From: Podarcis filfolensis
Lineage: Eukaryota
Strand: one strand, 5' to 3'
Length of the DNA stretch: 64,000 nucleotides
NCBI GenBank assembly: GCA_964270895.1
Contig: OZ185438.1
Part shown: positions 13,423 through 24,974 of the stretch, in pieces
How positions within the stretch are numbered: position 1 is the stretch's first letter
Layout of the letters: every line of letters begins with the position of its first letter
The notes under the pieces: generated by a model
What the model saw: only the letters and a program-made list of their open reading frames with translations
What the model was told of the DNA's origin: nothing
Databases searched by the model: none
Position numbers and translations under genes: made by a program

Positions 13423-13954
13423 TGTGGTGGTGGCCCAAAGGGCCACAATAAATATGATAATGTGAACCCCTATAAATCCTTGAGGGTGCTTCTAATAGAG
13501 AAGTTATGGTAACCTGTTGCTTTATGAAACTGATGATTTTTGCAAGTTGCCACCACCACCCCCCATTGGGGCAGAAGTACAGCTAATATGCGAATCACAA
13601 AGATACAGCTCATAAGCTAGAACATAAGTTAATGCATGGTGCAAATGGCTACGCGTAACACAGGTTCCCAACATGCACACTAACACAATGTAACAGAAAT
13701 TAGTAACGCTTATTGCGCACGTGTATTAAGCATGAAATGAGGTAATGATGTACATGATTGGTGAAAATTGAAATCCTTTGTTTGAAATGTTATAAATACC
13801 ACCGCCCAGACCCTTGGGCAGGCTTGCAGTTTTGCGAAACAATTGGACTGTAACCTATTGCCTAGCTATAAACAACACTGGACTCGTAACTCCTCTTGTC
13901 TCTGAGTTTTATTGCCGTAAACTCAGAAGATAAGCCATTTTTTGGCTCACAACA
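13423..13954. mobile_element. Solo LTR, 532 bp
   Basis: TGTGGTG...CACAACA termini, 4-bp TSD CTAC/CTAC, internal TATAAATA near 13792. Confidence 0.8.
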
Positions 13955-14344
13955 CTACCTCCTCTCCAATGGCAACACAATACATCATCAATTTATTATT
14001 TATACCCCACCCATCTGGCTGGGTTTCCTTTAATATTTCCCTTACCTTTTGCTGTTCAAATCACCGCTGCTAGGTATCCTTCCATTCCCCATAGATTTGT
14101 GTCCCCTTCAACCATGTCTCTGCTAACAGAAAAATCAGTAAAATGAAGAAAGGATTTCTTTTCCTATCTTTCTAAAATACTCAGGGACTCTACAACTGCC
14201 TGTAAGTTCATTGTGGTAAATCCATATGAAATGCCTTTTTCGTTAAATCCTCCCTGCATTTTATATCCTACTAGTTTATTTCTCTGTTAGGCATTATTCT
14301 GTCTCTTGTTTTATTTTACACTACTTATTTCTATTGCTGTATAC

Positions 14345-14480
14345 CAGATTTCCTCAAGCTCGGCCCTCCAGATGTTTTGAGACTACAATTCCCATCATCC
14401 CTGACCACTGATCCTGCTAGCTAGGGATTGTGGGAGTTGTAGGCCAAAAACATCTGGAGGGCCGAGGTTAAAGAAGCCTG
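14345..14480. mobile_element. Palindromic hAT-type MITE (family H)
   Basis: Homologous to 9512 and 33552 copies; 8-bp TSD CTGTATAC/CTTTATAC (7/8). Confidence 0.85.
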
Positions 14481-16046
14481 CTTTATACAATACTGTATGC
14501 ATTGGGGTGTTACACTCCTGTTACACTCACTGTTGTTCACTTGATATGTTGTGAGCCACTCTTTTATGAAATGTGTAAACCATTGTTAGGTGTTCAGTTC
14601 ATGACAACATCCAAGCAAATATGTTTGATTCATAGCACTATATTATTCCTTGTGAGACAAGTACAAGAAAAACCATTAACTAGTCCAGGTGAACATAGCA
14701 GAAAAAATGGAAAACTATTTAAGTGGATAGCATTACAGTAGAGTAGAATATGTGTTAGCCAATTTTCCAGCCTGGAATATTATGTTTTGTTGAGACCCAA
14801 ACTGATCCACCATTTCCACCCCCGCTCCATCTCACTCCCTAATATGCCTTGAGGCAAAGTGCCTACTTTTACTTCCCAATTCACAAAACTCAAGGAAGCA
14901 GGAGGGTCTTAATCCCAACTGCATACATTTGCCCATTTGCATTCCACACATTCCTCAGTTATTTTACCACCTTCCAGTTTGATCCCTGGACTGGCAAGCT
15001 TTAACAAGCTAACCTCATAATCACCAAATAAACCACATCCATACAGTATTTTATTACTGTATTTTAAGAGCCCACTTTCCTTCACGTGGACAGTTCATAG
15101 GAAAGGGAGCAAAGGAGGAAGCTTACCAGTGACAGTGGAGGTGGGTTTCCTGGCAGATCTCCTGCAGTGTTGTTTTGTATTGTTTTTAGGTGCTGTTTCT
15201 TTTTACAGAATGCATCTTTGGAAAGATGATACACAATGATTTTGTATAATTCCTGTGGGCCTTTGGGAGGGAGCCAGTTTCCATCAGAAATGCCACTGTG
15301 AAACTGGCAGTAGCAATGAAAAGAGTAAGCCAGCAGAAATGCTTAGATGTTTCACTCACCCCTAAAAGAAAACTCCACCCCTAAAATTCAAACACAGAAT
15401 TGTCCCTTAATTTAGTACTAGTCTGCCCAGGCTGATTTTGTCATATTGGGGAGGGGGAGAGCTCAAACCCACTGAGCTCTATTATTCCCTGAAAAATACA
15501 TTTCTAGCAAAACGTTAGATAAAATTGAGATTTATTTTAATTCAGGCAATTGAATAAAAAAGGGTCTCATGTACCAAGATCTTTTAGACAGATACCCAGA
15601 AGAAGAAATCTTCTACCTGCACATGCCCTCGTATTCAGAATATTTATTTTCTCCTACAAAAAGGGTTTTCAGACTTAATGGTTCTGAAAGCTGCCTTCTG
15701 ACTCACAATTTACTGTTTCTATCAATGCTGGTCCTAGAAGCTACCAAACAAATATCTCCAGGGAACAGCTTTTATAGCAGCCATGATATGACAGGTTTCT
15801 GTGATAACAGAACCTTTCAAATTCTCACATCAACAAGGTGATTTCAGTAGTTATGCAGCAGCAAGTGTAGAACATCTATTTCTTCATGGCTAAAGCCTTT
15901 TTAAAGCATTAACAATAATATTGTTTTATTAGACAAATCTAACCCTATACTATACTGGTAAAATTTTAGACTATATCTTTTTTTATTACAGACATGACTC
16001 ACGCTAATAGCAAACTCAGACAATGAGTGCCAGTGACCACACCATA

Positions 16047-16288
16047 CAGTGGTACCTCGGGTTACATACGCTTCAGGTTACATACGCTTCAGGTTACAGA
16101 CTCCACTAACCCAGAAATAGTGCTTCAGGTTAAGAACTTTGCTTCAGGATGAGAACAGAAATTGTGTGGCGATGGCACGGCAGCAGCAGGAGGCCCCATT
16201 AGCTAAAGTGGTGCTTCAGGTTAAGAATAGTTTCAGGTTAAGTACGGACCTCCAGAACAAATTAAGTACTTAACCCGAGGTATCACTG
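16047..16288 (-). mobile_element. Tigger-like MITE family A, copy 2 (reverse)
   Basis: TIRs CAGTGGTACCTCGGGTTA/TAACCCGAGGTATCACTG; TA left, TG right. Confidence 0.9.
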
Positions 16289-16445
16289 TGCTTTTAAAGC
16301 ACATTTAAAGCACATGATTTCCCCCTCCAATATTCCTGGGAACTGTAGTTTGTCAAGCATCTGTGCTCTGTGAGAGGTAGACTACAAGTTCTGGGAGACT
16401 TTGGGGGAAGCTGTGGGCTTTCAATGTGCTCTAAATATAGGGTGT
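16289..16445. repeat. Older palindromic repeat
   Basis: AAAGCACAT...GGGAACTGTAGT/ACTACAAGTTCT...AATGTGCT inverted structure; related copy at 38905-39055. Confidence 0.45.
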
Positions 16446-18046
16446 GGATAGCCTTGAAATGTAACCACTGAGGAACAAGCAGCACGCTTTGCAGAAGCTC
16501 TTGGTTTGCAAGAGTACAATTTAAAACAAAAATTGTAAGGGTGCAATTTTAAAAATCTAGCCCAGGGAGAACTAAGCACAGCAAGTAGCTGTTCAGTGTT
16601 GAGTGTCTGTTGAGCGGGGTGGGGAGGAAAAGGAGGGATTGAGACCACAGCTGGAATATTGTTTAGAAGGGGCCCTGAGCTGGAATGCTCTTCCTAGAAA
16701 GTCCCAGGTGTAATAAAAGACAATGCAACCAGTACTTGGCTATTTCAGCCTTTATTACATTCATGTCCCACATTGCCAGCTTGCAAATTTCACACACGCC
16801 CAACTGATAAAGGGATTTTACAAAAAAACATTCCATTGCAAATAAGGGCAACCTGTGGGTTTTGAGTAAAATGGCTGGCAATTACTGACTGAGAGCACTT
16901 TAGACACTGCTCAAAATCAGGCCCCAAAGCTAAGAAAAGACTTGAACTTCCCTGTTGCCTTTTATCCTATGGGCCACAATATATAGTTACTGATTTGTAT
17001 TTGTGCTGTATTTGTAACCAAGCATGAATTACCGGTACCTTGGCGTTACATAACACTGCCAATATCTTCCATTAAATAGCTAAACAGATCCAATATAATA
17101 AACACTTTGGTCATTCACAATTCACAGGGGTTCCGCTTAAAAATACATAGTGTTCATAGTTTGCCAAATATAGGTGCTTCACAATTACAGATTCATCCTA
17201 GGATATCGGAACAGTAGCTGTCAGGCTGAATATATTCTTACATTCCTGCAACCTCCATAACTTATCTAAATAATGCAAGTGCAATTATTACTCATCTTTT
17301 TAAACTAAGACTGCTAACATGCTATGACTGACCATGCTAACATTTGACACTGGCGGGAAATTAGACATTTGGATTCAACTTGTAGTAGCAGTGGAGAAGA
17401 GAATTTAGTAATAACCCCTTTATTGAGAATTCCCCAAGATATGCAAATGTCTGGCTGCCAGAATGGTGGGTTTTCTATTAGAAGTTTGGATGAATATCCC
17501 AATTAATCGAGATCTCTGAACATTTTCAGGCTTATCAACAGGATTGTCAAAGTTTCCAAGTAATTAACTTCATTACACCCACATACAGAAGAGTTCATTT
17601 AGGGACAAAACACACACTATAAGCAAGTCCTTGATAGCAGCACTGGCAGTCGGAAAACAGAATGGATAAAATGAGACATAATTTAATGAAATCTAAATCA
17701 GTTCAATTGTATCTGTTTAATTTGGTTTTCTTTTTAAGGGTCTTTGTTCCTTAAGTTCCTTAAGAAAATAATTTTTCTCAAGATATTTAGAGCTCCCATT
17801 GTGTGTATAACACATGCTGGAATTTTATGAATAATCCTTGTGGTCTTTGGTAAAACTGATTTGCTGTATTTCTTTTTAAATAACTTCAAGCAGTGTCATG
17901 GAAAAGCCAGAACAATCTCCCAGAACTATGACTGGTCATGTTTATCAGATGCATGTTTATATTTATGGTATTAGATAGTGCACTTGATAAATAACGCCAT
18001 GAATGTGAATATTTGGAACTGTCTTAAAATAATATTTTTTTATTTA

Positions 18047-18064
18047 TGTGTGTGTGTGTGTGTG

Positions 18065-18117
<53 letters not shown>
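18047..18117. repeat. Compound (TG)n(TA)n microsatellite
   Basis: Direct reading. Confidence 0.95.
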
Positions 18118-18119
<2 letters not shown>

Positions 18120-18565
18120 CACTCTACTATAGTAAAATATATAAGGAGTTTATCAACATTCTCAATGGCAACACTTATTAATAAAGTCCTGTAAACAACA
18201 TACATTGCAATTATATACAGTTTTATAGCAAAAATTTGAACATTATGTAAACTTCCAAACATCCACCATTACATAATTTATCAGTCCAATAATTAGAGCT
18301 GTTGTCCTTGTATAAGCATGAGAATAATAGTTGTCCAGTATGAAATCCAGCACAACAGTTGTGTCAGTAGAAGCTTGTTGTGCAACAGGAGATATTGAGG
18401 CTAAAGAAGACTGTTGTGCAACCAGCTATGAGAACCATACTAACTTTCTGTGTCTTGTCTTGCACAGGCCATTCTGCTAGTACACCTATTACACTGCTAT
18501 GACACTTCAACTTAGCACTGTGTTGAATTCTTCCCTCTGTATATTAAGTGGTATATAAATATTAT

Positions 18566-18933
18566 TAAAAAGGTAAAGAGACCCCTGACCATTTAGGTCC
18601 AGTCGTGACCGACTCTGGGGTTCCGGCGCTCATCTCACTTTATTGGCCGAGGGAGCCAGTGTACAGCTTCCAGGTCATGTGGCCAGCATGACTAAGCCGC
18701 TTCTGGCAAACCAGAGCAGCGCACGGAAACGCTGTTTACCTTCCCACTGGAGCGGTACCTATTTATCTACTTGAACTTTGACTTGCTTTCGAACTGCTAG
18801 GTTGGCAGGAGCTGGGACTGAGCAATGGGAGCTCACCCCATTGCAGGGATTCAAACCGCCAACCTTCTGATTGGCAAGTCCTGGGCTCTGTGGTTTAACC
18901 CACAGAGTTAACCCACAGCGCCACCCGCATCCC
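18566..18933 (-). mobile_element. Full-length Sauria SINE (POM/Squam1 type)
   Basis: Minus strand starts GGGATGCGGGTGGCGCTGTGG with A/B-box-like motifs and ends CCTTTACCTTT-like tail; 11-bp TSD TATAAATATTA at 18554-18564 and 18934-18944. Confidence 0.9.
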
Positions 18934-19009
18934 TATAAATATTACTGAGCAACAAATAATAAACCAAAGACAAAGGAAATCATGGGATGAACAATACCCC
19001 AAAACCACA

Positions 19010-19186
19010 CCATCTAGAAGAGAGAGGTTGCGCTTCTGAATACCAGTTGCTGAAAACCACAGGAGAGGACAATGTTCTTTTGCTTGAATCTCATTTGCTG
19101 ATTTCCCACAGGCAACTGTTTGGCCACTGTAAGAGCAGGGTGCCGGACTAGGTGGGCCATTAGCCTGATCCAGCTGGCTCTTCTTA
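19010..19186 (+). mobile_element. CR1-type 3' end remnant
   Basis: Ends GGACTAGGTGGGCCATTAGCCTGATCCAGCTGGCTCTTCTTA; homologous remnants at 20648-20770, near 59000 and 62340-62430. Confidence 0.55.
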
Positions 19187-20647
19187 TCAAAGATTGCAAA
19201 TGCTCAAAAAATCTTTTGGGAAATCCTTAAGGGGGAAACATGCCCATCCAAAAGCAGCCCCATAAAAACTCAGTGGCATGTGCTGGAATGGGGTGTGGGA
19301 ATGAAAGGTCGGAGGGCAGTAAATTGTAGTAGTTGGAACAGGGTGACACAGGCACATAGATAAAAAGAATAGAAAAGTATAGAAAATACCTTCGCATAGT
19401 CTGGAGGGGCCACAGTTATAACACTGAAAACTGCCCACAGAGAAATGGAGAAATCAAAATTTTTCATTGTAGTTGGAATTGGCACCAGTTTAGCCATGCC
19501 CCAAAACACACACACCCTTCAGAAAAGCTCCCAAAACATGCAAATAAGCAACATGCATCTTCAATAGACACTGAATGCAAACTGACTTGCTGAGGAAGGA
19601 AAATCTGGGTTGGAAAGAAAAGGAAATGGAGTAGCTGGAACTATTAACTGAAGTATTCCACCCTCCAACATTTTGTGGTACTTATAACCTGATCTATTAT
19701 TCTTCCTTCAATAATGAGGAATTAATCTTATCTGCATTTCAATTATATTTCATTCTACCTTTCCTATATTCACCTACCACTATCTTACTGGTGTACTATT
19801 TTTGAAATTGTTTTAAAATATATGAGATAATAGGTACTTATCCACAACATTACTGGTAACCTTAATTTTTTAAAAACAACAACACACATTTTAGTTCCAT
19901 AAATATATTTTTCTTTGAACAGTACCTTACCCTTCTTCAGCATCACTTCAGATTTTATCTCCCCCTCTTTTAAAAAAGATGTTCCAATAGGTCCTGCCCC
20001 ACCCCACCCCCGCCATTGCCTTTGGAATGAAATTGATTTACCCAACACTCTGGGTGAACCAGTGTAGTTAATTTCATTACTTTGCTGATTTATATGGGAC
20101 CAGGGGAAGCTGCTGCAATTAGGAATTAGAAAAACAGAGTGCAGGATTTGCAGTTGCAGCAAGGCTCCTCTCCTCATTCATACAATTATCAAGATATTGA
20201 TGCTGGACTAGGACTAAGCCTGCAGTTATGCTAAAGGATATATTGCTCCTGTTTTTCTAAATAAATAATTTCTTTGCACACAACCCAATTTTTACTAGTA
20301 ATGGGCCCCTTAGCTCAATTTAAAATCAGCTCATAATTTAGCAACATTATTAGTGGATGCTCTCTATTTTCAAAGAGTTACGGTATCTCCTAGTTCACTT
20401 TGTTGGCGCAGTGCTTTTGCTTTAATTGTTGTTGTTAAACAGCACCACAATTTTTCAGTAATTTTTAACTGCCCCTCAGTAATTGCATCTTTTTTGTGTG
20501 TGCAAGTCCTGGCCATTAATCACTGTGGGAAAATTTTCATTGAATGATTCTGTTAAGTCACCAGGGAACTGCAGAACACCTGTTACTTCAGGTCACAACT
20601 ATGGAGAGCTCCTGGATGTAGGGACTCAAAATTCTGTGAATGTATGA

Positions 20648-20770
20648 AAATAAGAAGAATCCTACTGGGTCAGGCCAATGGTCCATCTAGTCTACAATTC
20701 TGTTTCCACAGTGGTCAACCAGTTGCCTATGCATAAACACTCTTGCCACGTGTGGTCCCCAACAAAACGT
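20648..20770 (-). mobile_element. CR1-type 3' end remnant
   Basis: Reverse complement of the 19130-19186 tail (AAGAAGAATCCTACTGGGTCAGGCCAATGGTCCATCTAGTC). Confidence 0.55.
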
Positions 20771-20859
20771 GTCTGAACACCCTCAAAGCAGCTCAGCAGC
20801 CTGAATATATTAGGGTCCCCGAGGGATTTTTCTTGTTTCCTTTCCCATATGACACAATT

Positions 20860-21625
20860 TGGAACAATTGTCAGGGGATTTCGGGTGAAGTGCCATCAGT
20901 ATGCTGATGACACCCAGGTCTATCACTCTTTCCCATCAGAATCAGATGGACCAGATGGGGACTAAGAATCTCAAGATGAATCCCAGCAAGTTGAAGGTAC
21001 TATGGATCAGCAGTATGGGAATTGGGTGATCAGCCTCTTCTGGATGGGATTACACTTCCCTTGCCTTGAGGGACCAGGTGTGTAGTCTGACAGTACTCCT
21101 TAATTTCACTTTGTCACTGGATGCTTGTGGACACAGTGGCACAGAGTACCTGTTGCCACCTACGGCTAGTTCACCAACTACAGCCATTCCTGGATAGAGG
21201 TCGCTTGATCACAGCTATTCATGCCCAACCAAGCAACTAATTAATGTACTCTACATGGGGTTGCCCTTTAACACAACTTAGAGATTGCATCTACTACAGA
21301 ATGCATCTATGCTACCTGGCACCATCTCTTGAGAGATCTTCACTGACCCCCCATTCAATACTGCACCCAAGGGTGCTGGTATTGACTTACACAGCACTAA
21401 ATAGTTTGGAACCCAGTTTTCTGAAGCAGTGCCTCTCCCTGTACTGGTTTGCCTTTGAGTTAAGATCTGCTGGGGAGACATTTTTGGCCATACTATTACC
21501 TAGTGAGTTCTGTCTGATCAGAACTTGGAACAGGGCCTTCTTGGTGGTACCACCCTGATTTTGGAACCATCTTCTGCCAAATATTATGCAGCCAATGAGG
21601 TTTTGAAACTTTTTTTGCTAGGCCT
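20860..21625 (+). mobile_element. Old, frameshifted L2 LINE (RT core to C-terminus)
   Basis: CATCAGTATGCTGATGACACCCAG = HQYADDTQ RT motif, followed by degraded LHPRVLVLTYTALNSLEPSFLK and NRAFLVV motifs. Confidence 0.8.
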
Positions 21626-22017
21626 TCTTATGTTCAGATTTAGGTAGTTATTGTGGCAGATGGAAGAAGGTTGGGTTGCTTTGCATTTGATTCTGACGTA
21701 TCTGGATGTGTTGGATTGATTTTACAGAAAACTTTGTTGCAAAATAGATCCCACAAAAGAATAATTTAAAAAGACAGTTTCACCTGTGCCCTGATCCAGG
21801 CTTTCTAGCTACAGTCTTATGGATCAGAGTGTCCAGAACCTGGATGAAAGCAAGCTATTTTGAAACACTGTTGAAAACTCACTGGTACAAGCATGTGCAG
21901 AGTCATTTATTGCATTCAGTTTGGGAAGAACTTCTTGGGGAAATGAGTGGCACAACTTCATAATACATAATAATGTTGATGCATTACAAGCAAATGTGCA
22001 TTTTGAACCAGGTAATG

Positions 22018-22635
22018 CCGTACTTTTCTGTCTATAAGACGGGCCTATAATTTAAGAAAATGGAGGGGAGATGGCTATATTTCCAGAGTTGCTGAGCTTT
22101 TTTGGCGGTGGGGAGGATTGCCTACAGTTGCTGAGCTTTTGGGGGGGATTGCTTTGGGGAAAGATTGCACAGAATTGTTGGGGTTTTGTGGGGGATTGCC
22201 CAAGGTTCTTGAGCTTTTGGAGGGTGCAGAAAATCACTAAACCTAAAGACAAGAGCTCAGCATCGCTTGCGTCGCAGAAGCCGACAAGCACCTGCCCACT
22301 GGCAAACACAAGCCGGAAACCAAACACCAAATTGCCGCAGCGGCAGCCAATCCAAGGCAGCCCTTGACGCAGCAACCAATCTCCTGCCCAATTAATGCAG
22401 GAGCAGCCAATCCAAGGCAGCCTTTGACACAGCGACCAATCACCCGCCCAGTTAATGCAGGAGCAGCCAATCCAAGGCAACAATCACTCACCAAATCACC
22501 GCTAACAAGCTGCAGCTTGCGGCTGCAACCAATCACCCGGACCCCCAATGTACTGCCCATGTATTAGATGAGCACCTTTTTTAAACACTATTTTGGAGTA
22601 AAAAAACCCTCGTCTAATACATGGGGAAAGTATGG
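22018..22635. mobile_element. Non-autonomous TcMar (Tc2/Kanga-like) element, 618 bp
   Basis: Imperfect TIRs CCGTACTTTTCTGTCTATAAGACG versus CGTCTAATACATGGGGAAAGTATGG; TA right, TG left; TIR type matches the 43311 MITE. Confidence 0.7.
22343..22480. repeat. 60-bp tandem repeat (about 2.3 units) inside the transposon
   Basis: GCAGCCAATCCAAGGCA starts at 22343, 22403 and 22463. Confidence 0.9.
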
Positions 22636-22665
22636 TAATTACAAACTCTTGGAACATCACTAATA

Positions 22666-22954
22666 GGTAAAGGTAAAGGACACAGACAGCTTTCTGGGTC
22701 ATGTGACTAAACCGCTTTTGGTGCAACGGAACACCGTGACGGAAACCAGAGCGCACAGAAACTAGGTTTACCTTCCCATGACAGTGGTTACCTATTTATC
22801 TACTTGCACTGGTGTGCTTTCGAATTGCTAGGTTGGCAGGAGCTACAACAGAGTAATGGGAGCTCACCACGTCACGGGGATTCATACCGCCAACCTTCTG
22901 ATTAGCAAGCCCATGAGACTCAGTGGTTTAGACCACAGCGCTACATGCATCTCC
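22666..22954 (-). mobile_element. Sauria SINE, diverged subfamily, with 3'-proximal internal deletion
   Basis: Homologous to 18566-18933; 13-bp TSD AACATCACTAATA/AACATAACTAATA (22653-22665, 22955-22967). Confidence 0.85.
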
Positions 22955-23394
22955 AACATAACTAATATAGGGGTGGAGAAGGAGTTTGTTTGATCTGTTT
23001 TTCATAGCAGACTGATCCAATCTGACTCTTCCAAACTTGCTTGTGTGGCAGCACACAATTCCCAGTTTTATTTCCCTGTTAAATTTTGTGATACAGTTTT
23101 GGTGTACAAAACATGCACACACACAAAATGGTTTTAAGCATACATCTAAGTACAAGAATGGCTTTCAGGAGAGTGAATAGTATCAACTTTGATTGAGCAG
23201 AAGGATAACAGGAAAGATGTGGTGCAAATCAGCTTTGATAATGGGATTATTCAAGACTCTGCAGTTAATGTGATATAGTCGTGGGGATCTCTGGAAAGAA
23301 TTCAAAGAAAGTTGGCTGTCTCTTAAAAAAAACCAGATCTCGGGGTATGAGTGTATCTGACTGCTTCCAGTTGTCATGCGATGTTTACAAAATG

Positions 23395-23520
23395 TTTTTG
23401 GACATGGGGAAAAGGTTCAAATCCCTGCAGAGCCAAAAAGCTCATATCGCTGCCCTTAGGCAAGTCACAGTCTCTCAGCATAGTCACTTACTTCTCAAGC
23501 TTATTGTGAGGATAAACAAG
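23395..23520 (+). mobile_element. Degraded Squam3/MIR-like SINE
   Basis: B-box-like GGTTCAAATCC, then CCTTAGGCAAGTCAC...TTGTGAGGATAAA core. Confidence 0.4.
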
Positions 23521-23770
23521 ATATGAATGCTAAAGCAATTCCAAAGCAATTTGTACACTGAAAAATGTCATTGAAATGATAAATAGTGGTAATATATTAT
23601 GCAGCAGAGTTGCAGTGATAGAACTTTTGCTGTTGGGGGGGCATTTAAGTGGAGAGTTTTGGAGAAGCAACTTAGTTTACAGGTTTTGATAGATTAATTA
23701 GATTAAGATGCATTTCACTGTATGATAAGATAATGGTAAGCAGCACCAAAATTACCAGGAATAGTAATTT

Positions 23771-23804
23771 CTGAAGAAGTGTGCATGCACACGAAAGCTC
23801 ATAC
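23771..23804 (+). ncRNA. Minimal type I hammerhead ribozyme-like motif, probably incomplete
   Basis: CTGAAGA-A-GTGTGC(AT)GCACAC-GAAA-GCT-C-ATAC: core, stem II hairpin and palindromic AGCT stem III present; 5' strand of stem I absent. Confidence 0.45.
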
Positions 23805-23855
23805 CAATAACAAAGTTAGTTGGTCTGTAAGGTGCTACTGGAAGGAATTTTTTTT
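23775..23855 (+). mobile_element. Short Penelope-like element terminal fragment
   Basis: 13-bp direct repeat TAGTAATTTCTGA at 23762-23774 and 23856-23868; sequence ...CACGAAAGCTCATACC...TTAGTTGGTCTGTAAGGTGCTACTGG resembles recalled reptile Penelope termini. Confidence 0.7.
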
Positions 23856-23987
23856 TAGTAATTTCTGATCACTGATATGTGTTCAGCAGTAGCACATAGA
23901 CAGTTCTAGTCTTCTATATATTTAGTATTCAAGTGTTTACCTTTCACAAACTCCAAAGCACCACTGACACTCAAGGTGCCATAATAT

Positions 23988-24205
23988 GGCAGTGTGGTAT
24001 AGCTGTTAGAATGTTGGACTAGGATCTGGGTTATCAGAGTTTGAATCCCCTCAAGCCATGAAGCTCATTAAGTGACCTTGGATTAGTCACTGCCTCTTAG
24101 CCTAGCCTACCTCACAGGATTGTTGTGAGGGTAAAATGAGGAGCGAGAGAACTATTTATACTATATTGAGCTTCTTAGAGAAAATGTGCGGTATCAGTGT
24201 CATAA
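23988..24205 (+). mobile_element. Squam3-like tRNA-derived SINE
   Basis: A-box-like GGCAGTGTGGTATAGCTG, B-box-like GTTTGAATCC, body GTGACCTTGG...CCTACCTCACAGGATTGTTGTGAGG. Confidence 0.65.
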
Positions 24206-24272
24206 ATGCATATTATAGATGCTGCTATATTCCTTAAAATACTACTTTTAGAATGAAATCAGAAAGGTATTA

Positions 24273-24468
24273 CAGTGGTACCTCGGGTTAAGAACTTAAT
24301 TCTTTCTGGAGGTCTGTTCTTAACCTGAAACTTTTCTTAACATGAGGTACAACTTTAGCTAATGGGGCCTCCCACTGCCGCCGCGCGATTTCTGTTCTCA
24401 ACCTGAAGCACTATTTCTGGGTTAGCGGAGTCTGTAACCTGAAGCATCTGTAACCCGAGGTAGCACTG
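24273..24468 (+). mobile_element. Tigger-like MITE family A, copy 3 (internally shortened)
   Basis: TIRs and TA duplication on both sides. Confidence 0.9.
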
Positions 24469-24974
24469 TATTAGGTAGGAATGCCATTGTACACACTGGC
24501 AAAGCTCTCACAGACACTGTTTCTGCCGTTCCTGTGATAAGGGTAAAAGTGTGGGTAAACCCTTGATTTCTCACTTACTGAGAGGGGGCACTGTGCTGTG
24601 GCAAGTGATAATATTTCACCTCTTTTCTCACACAAATGATTGCATTCTTGTGGGCCTGGCTGTTTGGTCATCCTATACCCTCAGACCTGTCCAGCTCATG
24701 GAGGCTGAGCTGTTTTGGGCCCCCCAATATCTTTTGCATTGTTCATGGTCACAGACCCCCATCCCACTCCACGGTGCTAACACAATCACAGTCCTATCAT
24801 GCATGGTGATTTCAGAGAGAATTCTATATGGAATTAAATACCCATATAAATACACACAAACCCTTCTGCCCATTCTGAATGTGACTTTACAATCTGTCCT
24901 ATGCATGTTTACTTATTCCCACTGTGAGCAATAGTGTACTCCAAATTCAATGTGTGTGTGACATCAGTTGTTCA

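Noticed and set aside
15127-15161. Minus-strand exon-like segment (CAG|GAGATCTG...CACTG|GTAAGC)
   Set aside because: Acceptor lacks a pyrimidine tract and no peptide is recognisable
22343-22480. CRISPR-like repeat array
   Set aside because: Contiguous tandem units without unique spacers, in vertebrate DNA, no cas genes
22052-22567. Overlapping ORFs with repeated peptides (LPWIGCSCINWAGDW, PINAGAANPRQ)
   Set aside because: They translate the 60-bp tandem repeat inside a non-autonomous transposon; a 60-bp period keeps frames open by chance
23988-24060. tRNA gene
   Set aside because: A/B-box-like motifs belong to a SINE head; no cloverleaf or acceptor stem
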